DNA of 62,582 nucleotides, filler included, from Asterionella formosa (Eukaryota): NCBI GenBank assembly GCA_002256025.1. It is 23 parts of 23 records of this genome, joined end to end, with 100 filler letters (N's around TTAATTAATTAA, not from the genome) between each part and the next. Parts side by side here need not be neighbours in the genome. Positions count along the whole stretch, not along the records: positions 50,996 to 52,566 come from NKIB01001891.1; positions 52,667 to 54,237 come from NKIB01001892.1; positions 54,338 to 55,907 come from NKIB01001894.1; positions 56,008 to 57,576 come from NKIB01001895.1; positions 57,677 to 59,245 come from NKIB01001896.1; positions 59,346 to 60,914 come from NKIB01001897.1; positions 61,015 to 62,582 come from NKIB01001898.1; 16 more parts are not named here. The stretch is one strand, 5' to 3'. The notes under the pieces were generated by a model. That model searched no databases, was not told the DNA's origin, and was given only the letters and a program-made list of their open reading frames with translations. How positions within the stretch are numbered: position 1 is the first letter of the stretch; each line of letters starts with the position of its first letter. Positions 51,332-62,582 of this stretch are shown piece by piece. Position numbers and translations under genes: made by a program.

Positions 51332-52453
51332 ATGATGTCTAGTTGTAGTCGACATGCTTTCCTCCAGCGAGTTCCACGAATGATTCGTACATCGTCACTA
51401 CCCCAGGCAATTTCAAAGAACATCAGTTCTCCCCCCTCTTGGATGCTCGCCCTACCTATGATGGCCGCTGTCTTATTTTCCATTACCATACCACCGTCGA
51501 CAACCTCGATGGACTCACAAAAACAAGCAAACAACAATGTTCAGAACCAACTTCGTACAAAATCATTTCCATTAGTGCAACACAATCATGGTAAGGAAAA
51601 AGTTCGCGTCCTCAAAGTTAATCGATCCGACAACAAGCATATCATTTATGAGTACACTGTTTCAACCAAGATTTTCTTTGATGGCTATTCCAAAGTCTTT
51701 ACTGAACATGACAATTCCGATTTGGTTGCCACTGATACACAACGTAATATTGTCTATGTGGTTGCCAAGCGTACCAAGGCCAACTCTCCAGAACAATTCG
51801 CCATGGACATTTGTTCCCACATACTACAGCACTATCCCATGCTCCAAGCTGTTGAAGTACATGCCGATCAAGTATTGTGGGACCGTGCCATGGAAGGTGA
51901 ACACCCACATGCCTTTCTCAAGAATTCTCCTGAAAAAGCATCTGCCAAGGTTCGATTGGAAAGAGGAGGACAGAAGCCACAAGTAACATCATCGATCAAA
52001 AAAATGACAGTCTTGAAAACCACCATGAGTGGCTTTGAAGACTACCTTATGGATGAATACACCTTATTGCCACCCACGCAAGAGCGATGCCTTGCAACGG
52101 AATTGGAGGCCACTTGGAGTTATACCTATGATACTCGTGATTTCAATGTCATACGGAACAAGATTCGGAATCTATTGATTCTGGGATTGTTTGGACCTCC
52201 AGACCAAGGTGTCTACTCTGTAAGTCTCCAAGCAACCGTCTATGATGCAGCTTGTCTGGTGTTGAAAAAATGTTCCCAAGTGGAGTCCATTGCCATTTCG
52301 ACACCAAACAAGCACTACATCCCATTTCATCAATTGAGTCGTTTGGGTGAGGTCTTTGAGGATGATGTATTTGTACCAACTGATGAGCCAAGTGGAACTA
52401 TTTACTGCAAAGTCGCAAGGAATGTGGAGGAAGCAAAGAAAGACACAGTGTGA
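51332..52453 (+). CDS. uox: Urate oxidase (uricase) with N-terminal extension
   Basis: Intact 373-aa ORF with HGKEKVRVLKV, LVATDTQRN, VLKTTMSGFEDYLMDEYTLLP, YSVSLQAT, PNKHY and VFVPTDEPSGTI uricase motifs. Confidence 0.95.
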   Translation: MMSSCSRHAFLQRVPRMIRTSSLPQAISKNISSPPSWMLALPMMAAVLFSITIPPSTTSMDSQKQANNNVQNQLRTKSFPLVQHNHGKEKVRVLKVNRSDNKHIIYEYTVSTKIFFDGYSKVFTEHDNSDLVATDTQRNIVYVVAKRTKANSPEQFAMDICSHILQHYPMLQAVEVHADQVLWDRAMEGEHPHAFLKNSPEKASAKVRLERGGQKPQVTSSIKKMTVLKTTMSGFEDYLMDEYTLLPPTQERCLATELEATWSYTYDTRDFNVIRNKIRNLLILGLFGPPDQGVYSVSLQATVYDAACLVLKKCSQVESIAISTPNKHYIPFHQLSRLGEVFEDDVFVPTDEPSGTIYCKVARNVEEAKKDTV

Positions 52454-52666
52454 TAGATTTGTTTCAGGGTAGTCTACTGCAGTCTACTACTTTTCTCGAG
52501 GCAGATGCTGGTTGTGATGTACTCTTGAATAATAGAATTATGTAAGGAGCACAGAACGGATAAGTTNNNNNNNNNNNNNNNNNNNNNNNNNNNNNNNNNN
52601 NNNNNNNNNNTTAATTAATTAANNNNNNNNNNNNNNNNNNNNNNNNNNNNNNNNNNNNNNNNNNNN

Positions 52667-53449
52667 TACCTTGGATGGCACTTTGCCGGTCGAGTCGAAG
52701 GGTTTGGAATGGATGTGACAGATTTAGCAGTGGGGGTGAATGTGTTTGGTCACCTTCAGTACTCGCCCTCGCAACGACAAGGCGCGTTTGCGGAATACAT
52801 TGTCGTTCCTCGACAAGATTTGGCAGTCAAACCAAACACTGTACCAATGGATGTGGCAGCTGCTGCATCTACTGAAAGTATGACAGCATTGCAAGCCATG
52901 CGTGACCTTGGGGGATTGGCCGCAGACAAATCTGTCCTTATCATTGGATCGGGAGGTGTGGGGTCCATGGCAGTGAGTATTGCAAAGAAACTTGCTGCTC
53001 ATGTCACTGTTGTTTGTAGTCCTGCCGACTTGGATCGGATGAAGGGATTAGGTGCCGACATTTGTTTGGATCGCAGCCTTGTGAACTTCCTCACCATGGA
53101 GGGGATTTCGTTTGATGTCATTTTTGATACTCCGAGCAAGTACAGTGCTCATCAGTGCATCAAGAAATTGCACAAGAATGGAGTCTATGTGGCGACGGTT
53201 CCCAACATTGGGCTCGTTGTTGGCGTGTTGATGACATGTTTTTGGTACACAACAAACAAGGTTCGCTGGGTGGAGTGCCACAGCAGCAACAATGATCTTC
53301 AGCTGATTGGAAAGTGGTTGGAAGAAGGCATGCCGGCAGGCATTGACTCTACTTATGCAATCAAGGACATGGTTGATGCCATGAAGCGACACAAGGAAAA
53401 GAAGGGAGGTGGACGAGTTGTCGTATCAGTTGAAAATGGATGGGAGTGA
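52667..53449 (+). CDS. MDR-family NAD(P)-dependent oxidoreductase (quinone reductase / ADH-like), 5' end truncated by contig
   Basis: DGHFAGRVEG.G.DV....VG..VFG, GAFAEY, GSGGVGS nucleotide-binding motif, GLGAD, FDVIFD and GRVVV. Confidence 0.88.
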   Translation, partial: YLGWHFAGRVEGFGMDVTDLAVGVNVFGHLQYSPSQRQGAFAEYIVVPRQDLAVKPNTVPMDVAAAASTESMTALQAMRDLGGLAADKSVLIIGSGGVGSMAVSIAKKLAAHVTVVCSPADLDRMKGLGADICLDRSLVNFLTMEGISFDVIFDTPSKYSAHQCIKKLHKNGVYVATVPNIGLVVGVLMTCFWYTTNKVRWVECHSSNNDLQLIGKWLEEGMPAGIDSTYAIKDMVDAMKRHKEKKGGGRVVVSVENGWE

Positions 53450-55779
53450 ACAAGGCTTGTGCTTGCAATCTATGCAACCAGTTAGTGAATTAATAGTTAT
53501 TGAGAGCAGTACATGTATTTGAGACTATATTAAACCCTTTCTACTTGACAATATGTAACATGTAGAAAGAGCTGTGCGCAGGATCATCAGGGCTGTAGTC
53601 TCCTTCGGGGGCATCAGTATACTTCTTCAAGATCTTCCTATGTTTATCACCTACTAATCCAATTGTCCACTTGAATGGAAACAACAATTCTGGTTTTATT
53701 TGTCCATATGGTGCAACAGGACCTGTCTCTTTGTCAGCCTCACCCCACGGAACCCTAGGGACTACAAAAAAGACAGGTTGAGAATGCAATCGAACCAGCC
53801 ACCTTATGAGGTGTGCTAGCCAATTAAGCCATTCCCCCTTCTACCCTCTAACTCAGTTCAACAAGGAGATTCAGTAGAGTCCCTCCTATAATGGATGTTG
53901 AAGATCTAAATGCAGTGCCAAATCAATTGCTTACTATATTGGGCACCCCAATTGGGTTGGTCACTCTGGCTGGTAAAAAGCTTTTACTACTCCCAGGTAT
54001 GATTATAAGAACTGTTGACAGAAATCGGCAGACAGGACCCAAACGTACTCCATTCAGTATGCATCTATTCTTATGCTGGGATCATATGTGGTAGGACACA
54101 TTTTCGTGGGTCAGAGTACCGATTTTTTCTTCTTCTTTTGGTTGAAAGAAACTACCAGTATGCAGAAAAGTCCAATTGTAATTTCTCTATTTTCATGCAT
54201 GTGCCATGAATTTACAGAATAACCAACTATATAGTATNNNNNNNNNNNNNNNNNNNNNNNNNNNNNNNNNNNNNNNNNNNNTTAATTAATTAANNNNNNN
54301 NNNNNNNNNNNNNNNNNNNNNNNNNNNNNNNNNNNNNTCTTGACTATGGTATATCGCTTTATCCACTCGAAATGGGAGGTAACAGTTGACGCATGAGCCC
54401 TCCACTTGATCTGCTAGGTTGTTGATTGAATAAATTCCTTTGAAAAACTTCAAGATATGACTGAGTTCACATGCTGCTACTTGGTACATTCCCAAGATGC
54501 CAAAACGTGACGTTAGTCGCCATTTCAATTTGGAGAAGTGTCATGTGTGGATGCGTCTATATTTTTGGGAGTTGCGGAGTTGCGAGAGTCTGGTTTGGTG
54601 GAATCGAATCATTCTTTTGTTGAAGGGATTGCGCCAATGTTTGCTAAAGATAGCTTCTACTGGTCCGCAGAACCATCCAGCAACACCAAGCTGTACTGGA
54701 ATAATGATCGGAGATAAAAGATGTACTCGGTCTTTCGCTTTGGTGAGTTCATGCTCAACTTTGTGAGAAGGAAGCAAATGATTTTTAATGGTCATACAAT
54801 CAATCTCGCTCCTGAACATTCTGATCAAGAATGGTGACACTTGCGATTAGTAATTTTTGGAGTGTTATGTCGCTTGAAGTAAAATAAAGAAAAATAATTG
54901 AGCGAAAACTCTAAAATATTCTTTTCAGCACAAAGTAGTAGGTTTCGCTCTGTTAAATGGATAAGTTCGCTCTGTTAAATGGATAAGTGGACATCTCTCG
55001 CTCAACAAAAGTTCGACCCAATTGGAATGAGTTCTTCTGGACGAGGAAAGCCCACGTCCTCACGATCTAGCTCAATTAGATTAGAGCATCCTCTCCTTGG
55101 ATAGCACCGAAGAATAATATGCTTTGGCAGTTTCTCTAGCTGGCAAAATTGAAAGTCACTTTGGTCACCTGACTTGACCATCAATGTTGCGCTCTCATAT
55201 GGTATGATTTCTTGCAGGCGGTAAATAATTTGAATATTATCACGAAAAGCATGCATCAAATCTCGTTTTGGTTTTTCTGCTGGAGGCTCTTGACACAGGT
55301 CATCCTTTCCTCTCTTCGGGCTTCGCTCCAGCTTTCTTTAGTACTCCAGATTCTCCAGCTTCAATTGTGTGAGATTGTTTTGGCCATTGCTTCGCACGAT
55401 ACGAAATGATCTCTTACTCAAACTGTTTTGGAAGGATGAGGATATTGCCAAGTAAGACATTGAGCTCCTGCTTGTGTTCTGTCACTGAGTGCAACCAAAC
55501 TGTTTTATGTCAGCATAGGGGAATCAATACCTTGGCTGTGTGTTCATCAGCAATCTTGCACAAGTCTGGAGATTCAGACATTCACGCATTGTACCTTGAG
55601 GTCCATGCACCACCTATAATTTGACATCAAGTCAATATTTTCCAGACCTTCTTTGGTGAGAGCAAGCCATTTTGGCTGGGTAGTATGAGCAAACAAGTCT
55701 TGAAATATTTCGGGAAATTCTATATTGTCATTCATGCCTATACATCTTATTATATAATGCACTGTTATTTATAACTGTA

Positions 55780-55855
55780 CAAAATTTGTGTTTGTGTTGA
55801 CCAAATTTGGTAAACCTGGTAAAACCAAATTTGGTCAACACAAAAACAAATTTTG
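55780..55855. repeat. Inverted repeat / hairpin with 32-bp arms
   Basis: CAAAATTTGTGTTTGTGTTGACCAAATTTGGT-12 nt-ACCAAATTTGGTCAACACAAAAACAAATTTTG, one mismatch. Confidence 0.9.
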
Positions 55856-57089
55856 GGGTTATGGGTACAACGATGTGTGTTATAATGCACATGATATAAT
55901 AATTTTTNNNNNNNNNNNNNNNNNNNNNNNNNNNNNNNNNNNNNNNNNNNNTTAATTAATTAANNNNNNNNNNNNNNNNNNNNNNNNNNNNNNNNNNNNN
56001 NNNNNNNTTTTTACTGTTGGCGTAGATTGTTTTCGAATTCTCTGGTACCATATTCTTTCTTGATTCATTCGATTCAATATGTAGTAGGTAATTTATACCG
56101 GGATTTTCTTTCCTAAAATATTTTCTCCAACAGCAGCCAACAAGGATGATTCATTGTCGGTTTCAGACAGAACCAAAGTTGGATTATTTTGGCACTGTCA
56201 AGAGCAACAATCGATAGCGATATGCGAGTTTCGTCAAGGCAGCATTGTTCCTCATGTACCGTAATGTGTCATTGTTGGCAGACTGCTGCATGTCCCAGGC
56301 TTACTGTGTCGATGGTTGATTAATCAGCCGAAGAATTTCAAAAATGTATCCAAGAGAGTTGTGCCATTTAACAAAGGTTTCACGCCAATAAAGGCAATGT
56401 CGTTTAATGGAAAAAATGAAGGAGTGATTAGGTGTGATCCAATTGCATCTCAAAAATTCCAGTGCTTCCAGTACTCCACTGTCCCACCTGTCATTCACCA
56501 CTGATGATTTTGATGTAGCAGATGATTCCAAATGAAGGAAAAATAATATAGATTACATGTCAACGCTAGTATGATTGATTAGAAAGCTAGGCTATCACTC
56601 TAGCTAATTGGAAAAACGGAAGGTTTTTCTATTCTAGAATACCAATATACAAATGCATAGTCATATTAGTTTTTGATGGGCAGTTTAGATAGGCGTAGTA
56701 CTAGCTGCGTAAGAATAAGGAATTTGCAGGAAACGTGGTGCTACAATTATTCAAAAAACTACAGGTACAGACTACCGGTAGCTAAGCGACTTCCTTTGAT
56801 CCTCCGCCTCCTCCTTCGGTTGCCTTTCTCGTTTTATTCCTGTATATGTTTAACTGGTATGTACGGAAGTGTAGGAGCGGTCGTCATCTGATGAGTCGCT
56901 ATCGTTGCTCATTTCATCAGGCAGATACATATGGATGAGTACCCTGGTGTGCTACCACAAACCACGCAGTGCGTCCCATCATTTTCTTATTGGTAGTAAT
57001 CGGGTTTGTTAAAATAACGATACACATGTAATAAAATTCTAGTGCTATTTCTATTCGCTAAAAGTTTCGGCGCGAGATTTGACTATTCT

Positions 57090-57223
57090 AGGATTTGGTC
57101 GATGCGGTGGGAAAAAATATGAAAAATTCGACTATTGATAAAAAAATTCTCAACCAAGTGACGTGTATTGATATTTTCAACTGCAATTGGCTTTGGTATT
57201 TGGTCGATGCGGTGGCGATGCTC
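57090..57223. mobile_element. Right end of a Harbinger-like element
   Basis: ...TTTGGTCGATGCGGTGGCGATGCTC|TAA, homologous to 44520-44643. Confidence 0.6.
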
Positions 57224-58034
57224 TAAGAACTATAACAGCATATACATTAGTTGACTCAAAAATTAAATCCTTTCTCCTTTTTCCTTCATTGTACAAAGTC
57301 TATTCAACTGAATATTTTGTGATGTATTGCCAGCAATCCCATCCCTCTTTCAATCATGGTTCTGCAGAATCTTAAACTCAACTTTTGATCGTTTCACCCT
57401 TCTCTGCAAAATACAATAAGAAGTAGTCTATGACAACAAAGATGTCATTCTACATTTGGTAGTAGTGATGGACATGACATATTGTTGAGACAAGTGTCAG
57501 AGCGAACTAAAAGGATGCTACTGGAACTACAAAAGGCTGTCGAACTCTTATCATTCGTCTCGTTGCTGATTCAAGANNNNNNNNNNNNNNNNNNNNNNNN
57601 NNNNNNNNNNNNNNNNNNNNTTAATTAATTAANNNNNNNNNNNNNNNNNNNNNNNNNNNNNNNNNNNNNNNNNNNNCTGATAGACTTGATATAAAATCTC
57701 CCCCTTCCAAAGCAAAAGCAAAATGTAAATTAAAGGCAAATCCAGACATGGTTGCCAATCCGGAAGAAACAGTCCATGACTTGTCACCAAAGAGATCCGA
57801 AATCGTAGGAGTGATTGGGAAAGTAAATACAAAAACAGGTCAAGGAGGAAAGTGATTTGTCCCATTTATCTAGTAAGGAGTTGGAAATATTGAAACAGGA
57901 CATGGTTGCCAGTCTGGATGTTAATCATGACTACTTACCGAAGATTTCCGAAACGCTTGCAGATATACTGGATATTGAATAGGTCAAGGAGACTTGTCAT
58001 TTATCCTTACAGGATAAATCATTATTGAAATTAT

Positions 58035-58496
58035 TTGATGAAGGAATTCATAAATATTGGAGCTAGTTTGAAAAGTCATTTGAAATGCATTCACAAGATT
58101 GCACGCAAATATCGTATTTGCCCTGCTGTAGATATTAACAAAGAAATTATTCCCTCCAAAGCTATGGTCAAATTCAAAACCGAGTTCGAAAAATGGAAAT
58201 CCGGCATGAAGAAGGCTCGATCAGAATGTCGAGAGCGTTTTCTGAAAACATTCAGTGAGATACCAAAACTCCGAGGTTACACCAATGGGGAACCTCAATT
58301 TAAGGTGGGCGGTGGTTTCCGTGGGAAAGGCCATCTGAAATGTTTTATAGCAAAACATTCAGTTTCAAAGATTTTCCAACCAACCAAGGATGGTGGATGG
58401 TCATGTGGTCCCTTTACAATTGTGAAGTTTATGGAATTACTACTACAACTGCGATACAGTGGAGAAACTAATATTATGGGGAAACGAAGTGAGTGA
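58035..58496 (+). pseudogene. Ulp1/C48-like protease fragment, paralogue of 33020-34085
   Basis: SLKSHLKCIHKIA.K..ICP and FQPTKDGGWSCGPFTIVKF are shared with the 33-34 kb copy. The His/Asp segment is deleted here. Confidence 0.55.
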
Positions 58497-58759
58497 GTCA
58501 CGTTTAACAAAAGATGGTTGGGATACATTTATGAAAATGAAATTTGAGGGTGAAAATCAAAAGGGATGGCCATTTCCTGGTAATCCAGAAAATGATGTTG
58601 AAGATGCAGTGATGGTATATGTTCTCAACACCATTGTGGGTTCATGTTTTGACAAAGTTGCAGAAATGGAGATCAATCCTGCATTCGAGTTATCTCCGAT
58701 GTTAACTACAACCGAACTGACGTTAGAAGGGAGGAAAAAAGTTGGCTGATGGATGGATG

Positions 58760-59010
58760 GATGGATGGCAATTGGTATCTCTTTTGCCAGACATTGAAGT
58801 CAGTGATCTGGAGAAACAAATGAATAATAAAATATCTGGTGACAACTTGTCCTCCTTATGTAGACTCAAATTATACCATTCTGTTACAGGATTTCTATTG
58901 ACGCCTCTTGAAGATCCAAACAAGTCATACGATATTTGGGTTCATGGTCTTGGCCTTGGTATGACAAAAGTTTATTTCCAGATTGGAATAATCATTGGTG
59001 ATACATAAGT
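58760..59010 (+). mobile_element. Plavaka/CACTA-like transposase fragment, paralogue of 35035-35210
   Basis: WQLVSLLPDIEVSDLEK...TGFLL.P..DPNK.Y...VHG...IIGDT. Confidence 0.65.
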
Positions 59011-59879
59011 GCAAAACGAAATTATTAGATGATCTAACGAAAAATACTTGAGTGAACCCTATTTGATAACCTTGATAAGGAATGCTTTCCGGGAGTTAAG
59101 GAGTTCACAGCAGCTATGGCAATACCCTCGTCTGCAAATAAAATTATCATATTTCCATGATGCATCATATGATTGTGATCATCTGATCATAATTTTTCGT
59201 TATATCGTCTAATAATTTTGATTAATGTCCTTGCAATTTAAATAGNNNNNNNNNNNNNNNNNNNNNNNNNNNNNNNNNNNNNNNNNNNNTTAATTAATTA
59301 ANNNNNNNNNNNNNNNNNNNNNNNNNNNNNNNNNNNNNNNNNNNNACATCACCACTTGTATTTGAAGCCATTCTTTTTCTAAAGATGAACCGTCATTTTT
59401 GGAATGATGTTATTGTAGGAAAAGCGATGGGAAGGACACTTGCTCCTGCAGATGAATTCTAGAAAATAATCCATTAAAATTTACCTATGTTATTCTTTGC
59501 TTAATATAAAAATATATGGACCACTTCATTTGCAAACTATTCACATCACGATAGCAAGATTTGATAAATTATCATCTATTCATTGATCTCCGTCTACTTT
59601 TTCTCTGGTAGAAAAATAATGTGAAATAATGTTTAATTGCAAGTGCAACATTTCCAAATAACTTTTAAAAACAATCTACCTACAATATACTAATTAAAGC
59701 AGGATTTAACAATATGAAATCAGGCAAATAATGACAATGATGAAGTTTCTTTCCAGCTACTGATTCTTTAATAACGGTATGATGATTAAGTCTTTTCGTT
59801 ACAATGGACAGTACCATCCATTTGGAAAAGAATAGAATAAGATAGTATCCCAACGCCATGGAAAGGGCCAGTTCATCAT

Positions 59880-60914
59880 TCATGTTGTAAAATCTACTCA
59901 CAAAATTGAAATGATATGTTTCTACTAGGCTACTACTGGCTGCTGGATATACCATTTCTTTACAACCATAAGACCGTTCCGTTATGTTGAACATTTCAAT
60001 TGACTGGGGACTAGAATAGTTTGGAAGTGTATCCATATCTCTTTCTTGGAACAATGACAAACGACATAAAATGGTCATCATGTATTGTTGTCGCATAAAT
60101 ACACAAAATTGAAATGATAGGTTCCTACTACTGGATATTCCATAAGAACTTTACAACCATGAAACCTTTCCATGATGTTGAACATCTCATTTGATGGGGC
60201 AATAATATAGAATGAGATTATACACTTACCTCATTCTTGGAACAATGACAACCCACATAAATACACAAAATTTAAATGATTGGTTCCTAGTACTGGATAT
60301 TCCATAACTTTACAACTATGCGACCTCTCCATGATGTTGGACGTCTCAATTGACTGGGTAGTTGTATAGAATGAGATTGTATCCAAATCACAAAATGGGA
60401 ACAATGACAAATGCCATAGAATGGTCATCATGTCATGTTGCAGCAATAACACAAAAAATTCAAATGATAGGTTTCTACTACTGGATATTCCATAACTTTA
60501 CAACTAAGAGAACTATCCATGATGTTGGACATCTCAATTGACTGGGTAGTTGTATAGAATGAGATTGTATCCAAATCACAAAATGGGAACAATGACAAAC
60601 GCCATAGAATGGTCATCATGTCATGTTGCAGCAATAACACAAAAAATTCAAATGATAGGTTTCTACTACTGGATATTCCATAACTTTACAACTATGCGAC
60701 CACTCCATGATGTTGGACATCTCAATTGACTGGGTAGTTGTATAGAATGAGATTGTATCCAAATCACAAAATGGGAACAATGACAAATGCCATAGAATGG
60801 TCATCATGTCATGTTGCAGCAATAACACACAAAATTCAAATGATAGGTTTCTACTACTGGATATTCCATAACTTTACAACTACGAGATCTTTCCATGATG
60901 TTGGACATCTCAAT
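59880..60914. repeat. Tandem satellite-like array, 188-bp unit
   Basis: About 3.5 near-identical units from ~60258 to the contig end, with more diverged units to the left. The spurious ORFs at 60428 and 60616 show the 188-bp period. Confidence 0.92.
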
Positions 60915-61014
60915 NNNNNNNNNNNNNNNNNNNNNNNNNNNNNNNNNNNNNNNNNNNNTTAATTAATTAANNNNNNNNNNNNNNNNNNNNNNNNNNNNNN
61001 NNNNNNNNNNNNNN

Positions 61015-62582
61015 AAAGCAGGTAAGGGGGCAAGAGGAGTTGTGTTGGCTACCGCAGGATTGTTCATGGGATTAAACTGTATGCGGTGATTGGGGTGGGC
61101 CGGGTCACATGGTCGGACAACACTGCGGTGTAGCACTTGTTGTGTATGGTCAGTGAGGATTTTGTAGGTCAGGATGTCCCCCACATTGTCTGTAATTCCA
61201 ACCCAGTACCCAGGCTTTTCTTTAGTATCTGGATATACCTCTTGGTAGTCTAGGTAATACACTTTCTCATAAAACTGGAAGTGTAAGAATTTTGAGATAT
61301 CAGGGGTGTCTCCATGACGTAGTGTGAGGGGAATCGCCCAATTGAGGGTCTCATCAGCACTATGGTTGTGTAAAGCAGCAAGGTACTGTGATGCTAGCAA
61401 CCAAAGCATAGGAGGTGCTCCTGTTCGATCAAGTAGCAATTGGGTGTGTTGCTTCAACCATTTAACTGCCCGTAACTCAGCCATGTTCTGCTGTGGATGG
61501 TATGGCTCCGTATATTCATCCCCAATCAGATACAAACGGTTGAGTTGTTGGAACCGTAAGCCAGATTGGACACGTGAATTATCTCGACGTAAGATGGTGG
61601 GGCAACCTTCATGCCGCAGGAAATCGTTGTACGCATCGGGGGCACCGTTTTCGGAAGGCATACCATATACATTGATAACGTGGGAAGTGATTCCATAAAA
61701 AACCTGTGCACAAGTAGCACCAGTAATGTCGCGGCAGTTGGCAAAGAATGTATCAGTTGCTACCTTCTCTTTGAGGCGTGGCCGATTAGCTTGAGGAAAG
61801 CGGGATTTAATGTGGCGTCGAAGGGGATACCGGTATATAGCTTTAGCCAATTGTGTTGTGTTGGCCAAGGTATGGGAAATGACCTCAGTTGATTGGAATC
61901 CTAGGTATGGTCTGAGGGCATCAATGTTTGGATTGACTATGCGAGTAGTAAGGAGAGCATGGCACATTTTGTTAGGTTTCTCAGCTGCAAGATTTGGGTT
62001 TAATACCAAGCCCAAAGGGTTCTTGTATGTATCGAGGGTAGAGTCCAAGAGTACATATGGTGAGGTGCAGAGTTTATCGTCTTCCATGTGTACAATGTTA
62101 TGTACCTGGACTGATATATCTTGCTGTAATGGCAGCAATGATAAGCATTGGTCACTGTAGTGTGAGTTAGGATCCCAAGGGAAGTCTGCTGTGATATCGA
62201 TAGGTGGCAATGATGTTAATTCTTGTTCCGTTGGTAACCGGTGTCTGAATGTCATAAGACCTCCATTAATGATAAAAGGGATGTAGACATGAGGACGGGG
62301 AAGAAAACACTGTCCTCCTTTCCTGCCTGGTATGCTTGTTGGGTGCTTAGTGGAAATAGAATCAACAATGCAGTCATGTTCTCGTAACTGAAACTCTGAG
62401 AGGAGGGTGGTAGGACTGCCTTGATTATACACAGCTTCATGTACACGGAGAAGGTATTTATTCCCTTGTGTCTCCACTACTGTTACCGCACTGACAATGG
62501 GCATTCCAGTTTTACGGGAAGATTTTGCATCAAACCCGACAAGGTTGGCTTTTCGTGAAGTGTATGACTCAATATGCCATCC
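61015..62582 (-). mobile_element. Copia (CoDi-type) pol fragment: protease C-terminus and integrase, uninterrupted
   Basis: ATDTFFA, CAQVFYG, LRRDNS, TEPYHPQQNMAE (D,D,E core), GDTPDISKFLHFQFYEKVYY, VGDILTYKILT and HRSVVR. Open across the whole contig. Confidence 0.9.

Noticed and set aside
51332..53449. Uricase plus oxidoreductase as an operon or cluster
   Set aside because: They are on different contigs separated by a linker.
53541..56560. Coding-like fragments at 53541-54210, 54340-55760 and 56010-56530
   Set aside because: They are interrupted and have no motif I can assign with confidence.
59880..60914. CRISPR-like array, or repeated small ORFs MLLLQHDMM...
   Set aside because: Whole 188-bp units repeat with no unique spacers and no cas genes. 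The unit length is not a multiple of 3, so the ORFs are by-products.
1578..61014. Regularly spaced TTAATTAATTAA repeats about every 1.67 kb
   Set aside because: They are embedded in N runs and are artificial six-frame-stop linkers. ORFs ending in X and gene neighbourhoods across linkers are artefacts.

Overview
This window is not one locus. It is 23 assembly fragments joined by 22 artificial 100-bp linkers (N44-TTAATTAATTAA-N44): 22 pieces of about 1.57 kb and one 25.8-kb contig (11729-37525). The content is AT-rich, transposon-dense eukaryotic nuclear DNA, most likely a diatom (CoDi-type Copia elements, a diatom-type PGRL1 fragment, short GT-AG intron). Host genes: intact PPR protein and urate oxidase ORFs, a 5'-truncated MDR oxidoreductase, and several broken gene copies (PGRL1-like, a conserved algal protein, a Crinkler-like NTPase/REase). 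Mobile DNA: Gypsy and Copia elements with both LTRs, a LINE endonuclease, a Copia integrase, Harbinger-type MITEs, Kolobok-type elements, IS630/Tc1-like remnants, Plavaka/CACTA-like remnants beside a Ulp1-like protease, and a pogo element. The most notable signals are (i) a pogo transposon carrying an intact second gene encoding a Cys/His-containing HIRAN-like protein, (ii) strongly over-represented TA-CCGG-TA and TA-CCWGG-TA motifs that differ between paralogues like excision footprints, and (iii) a uricase with a mitochondrial-type presequence and no PTS1. All family calls come from reading motifs by eye; no searches were run.
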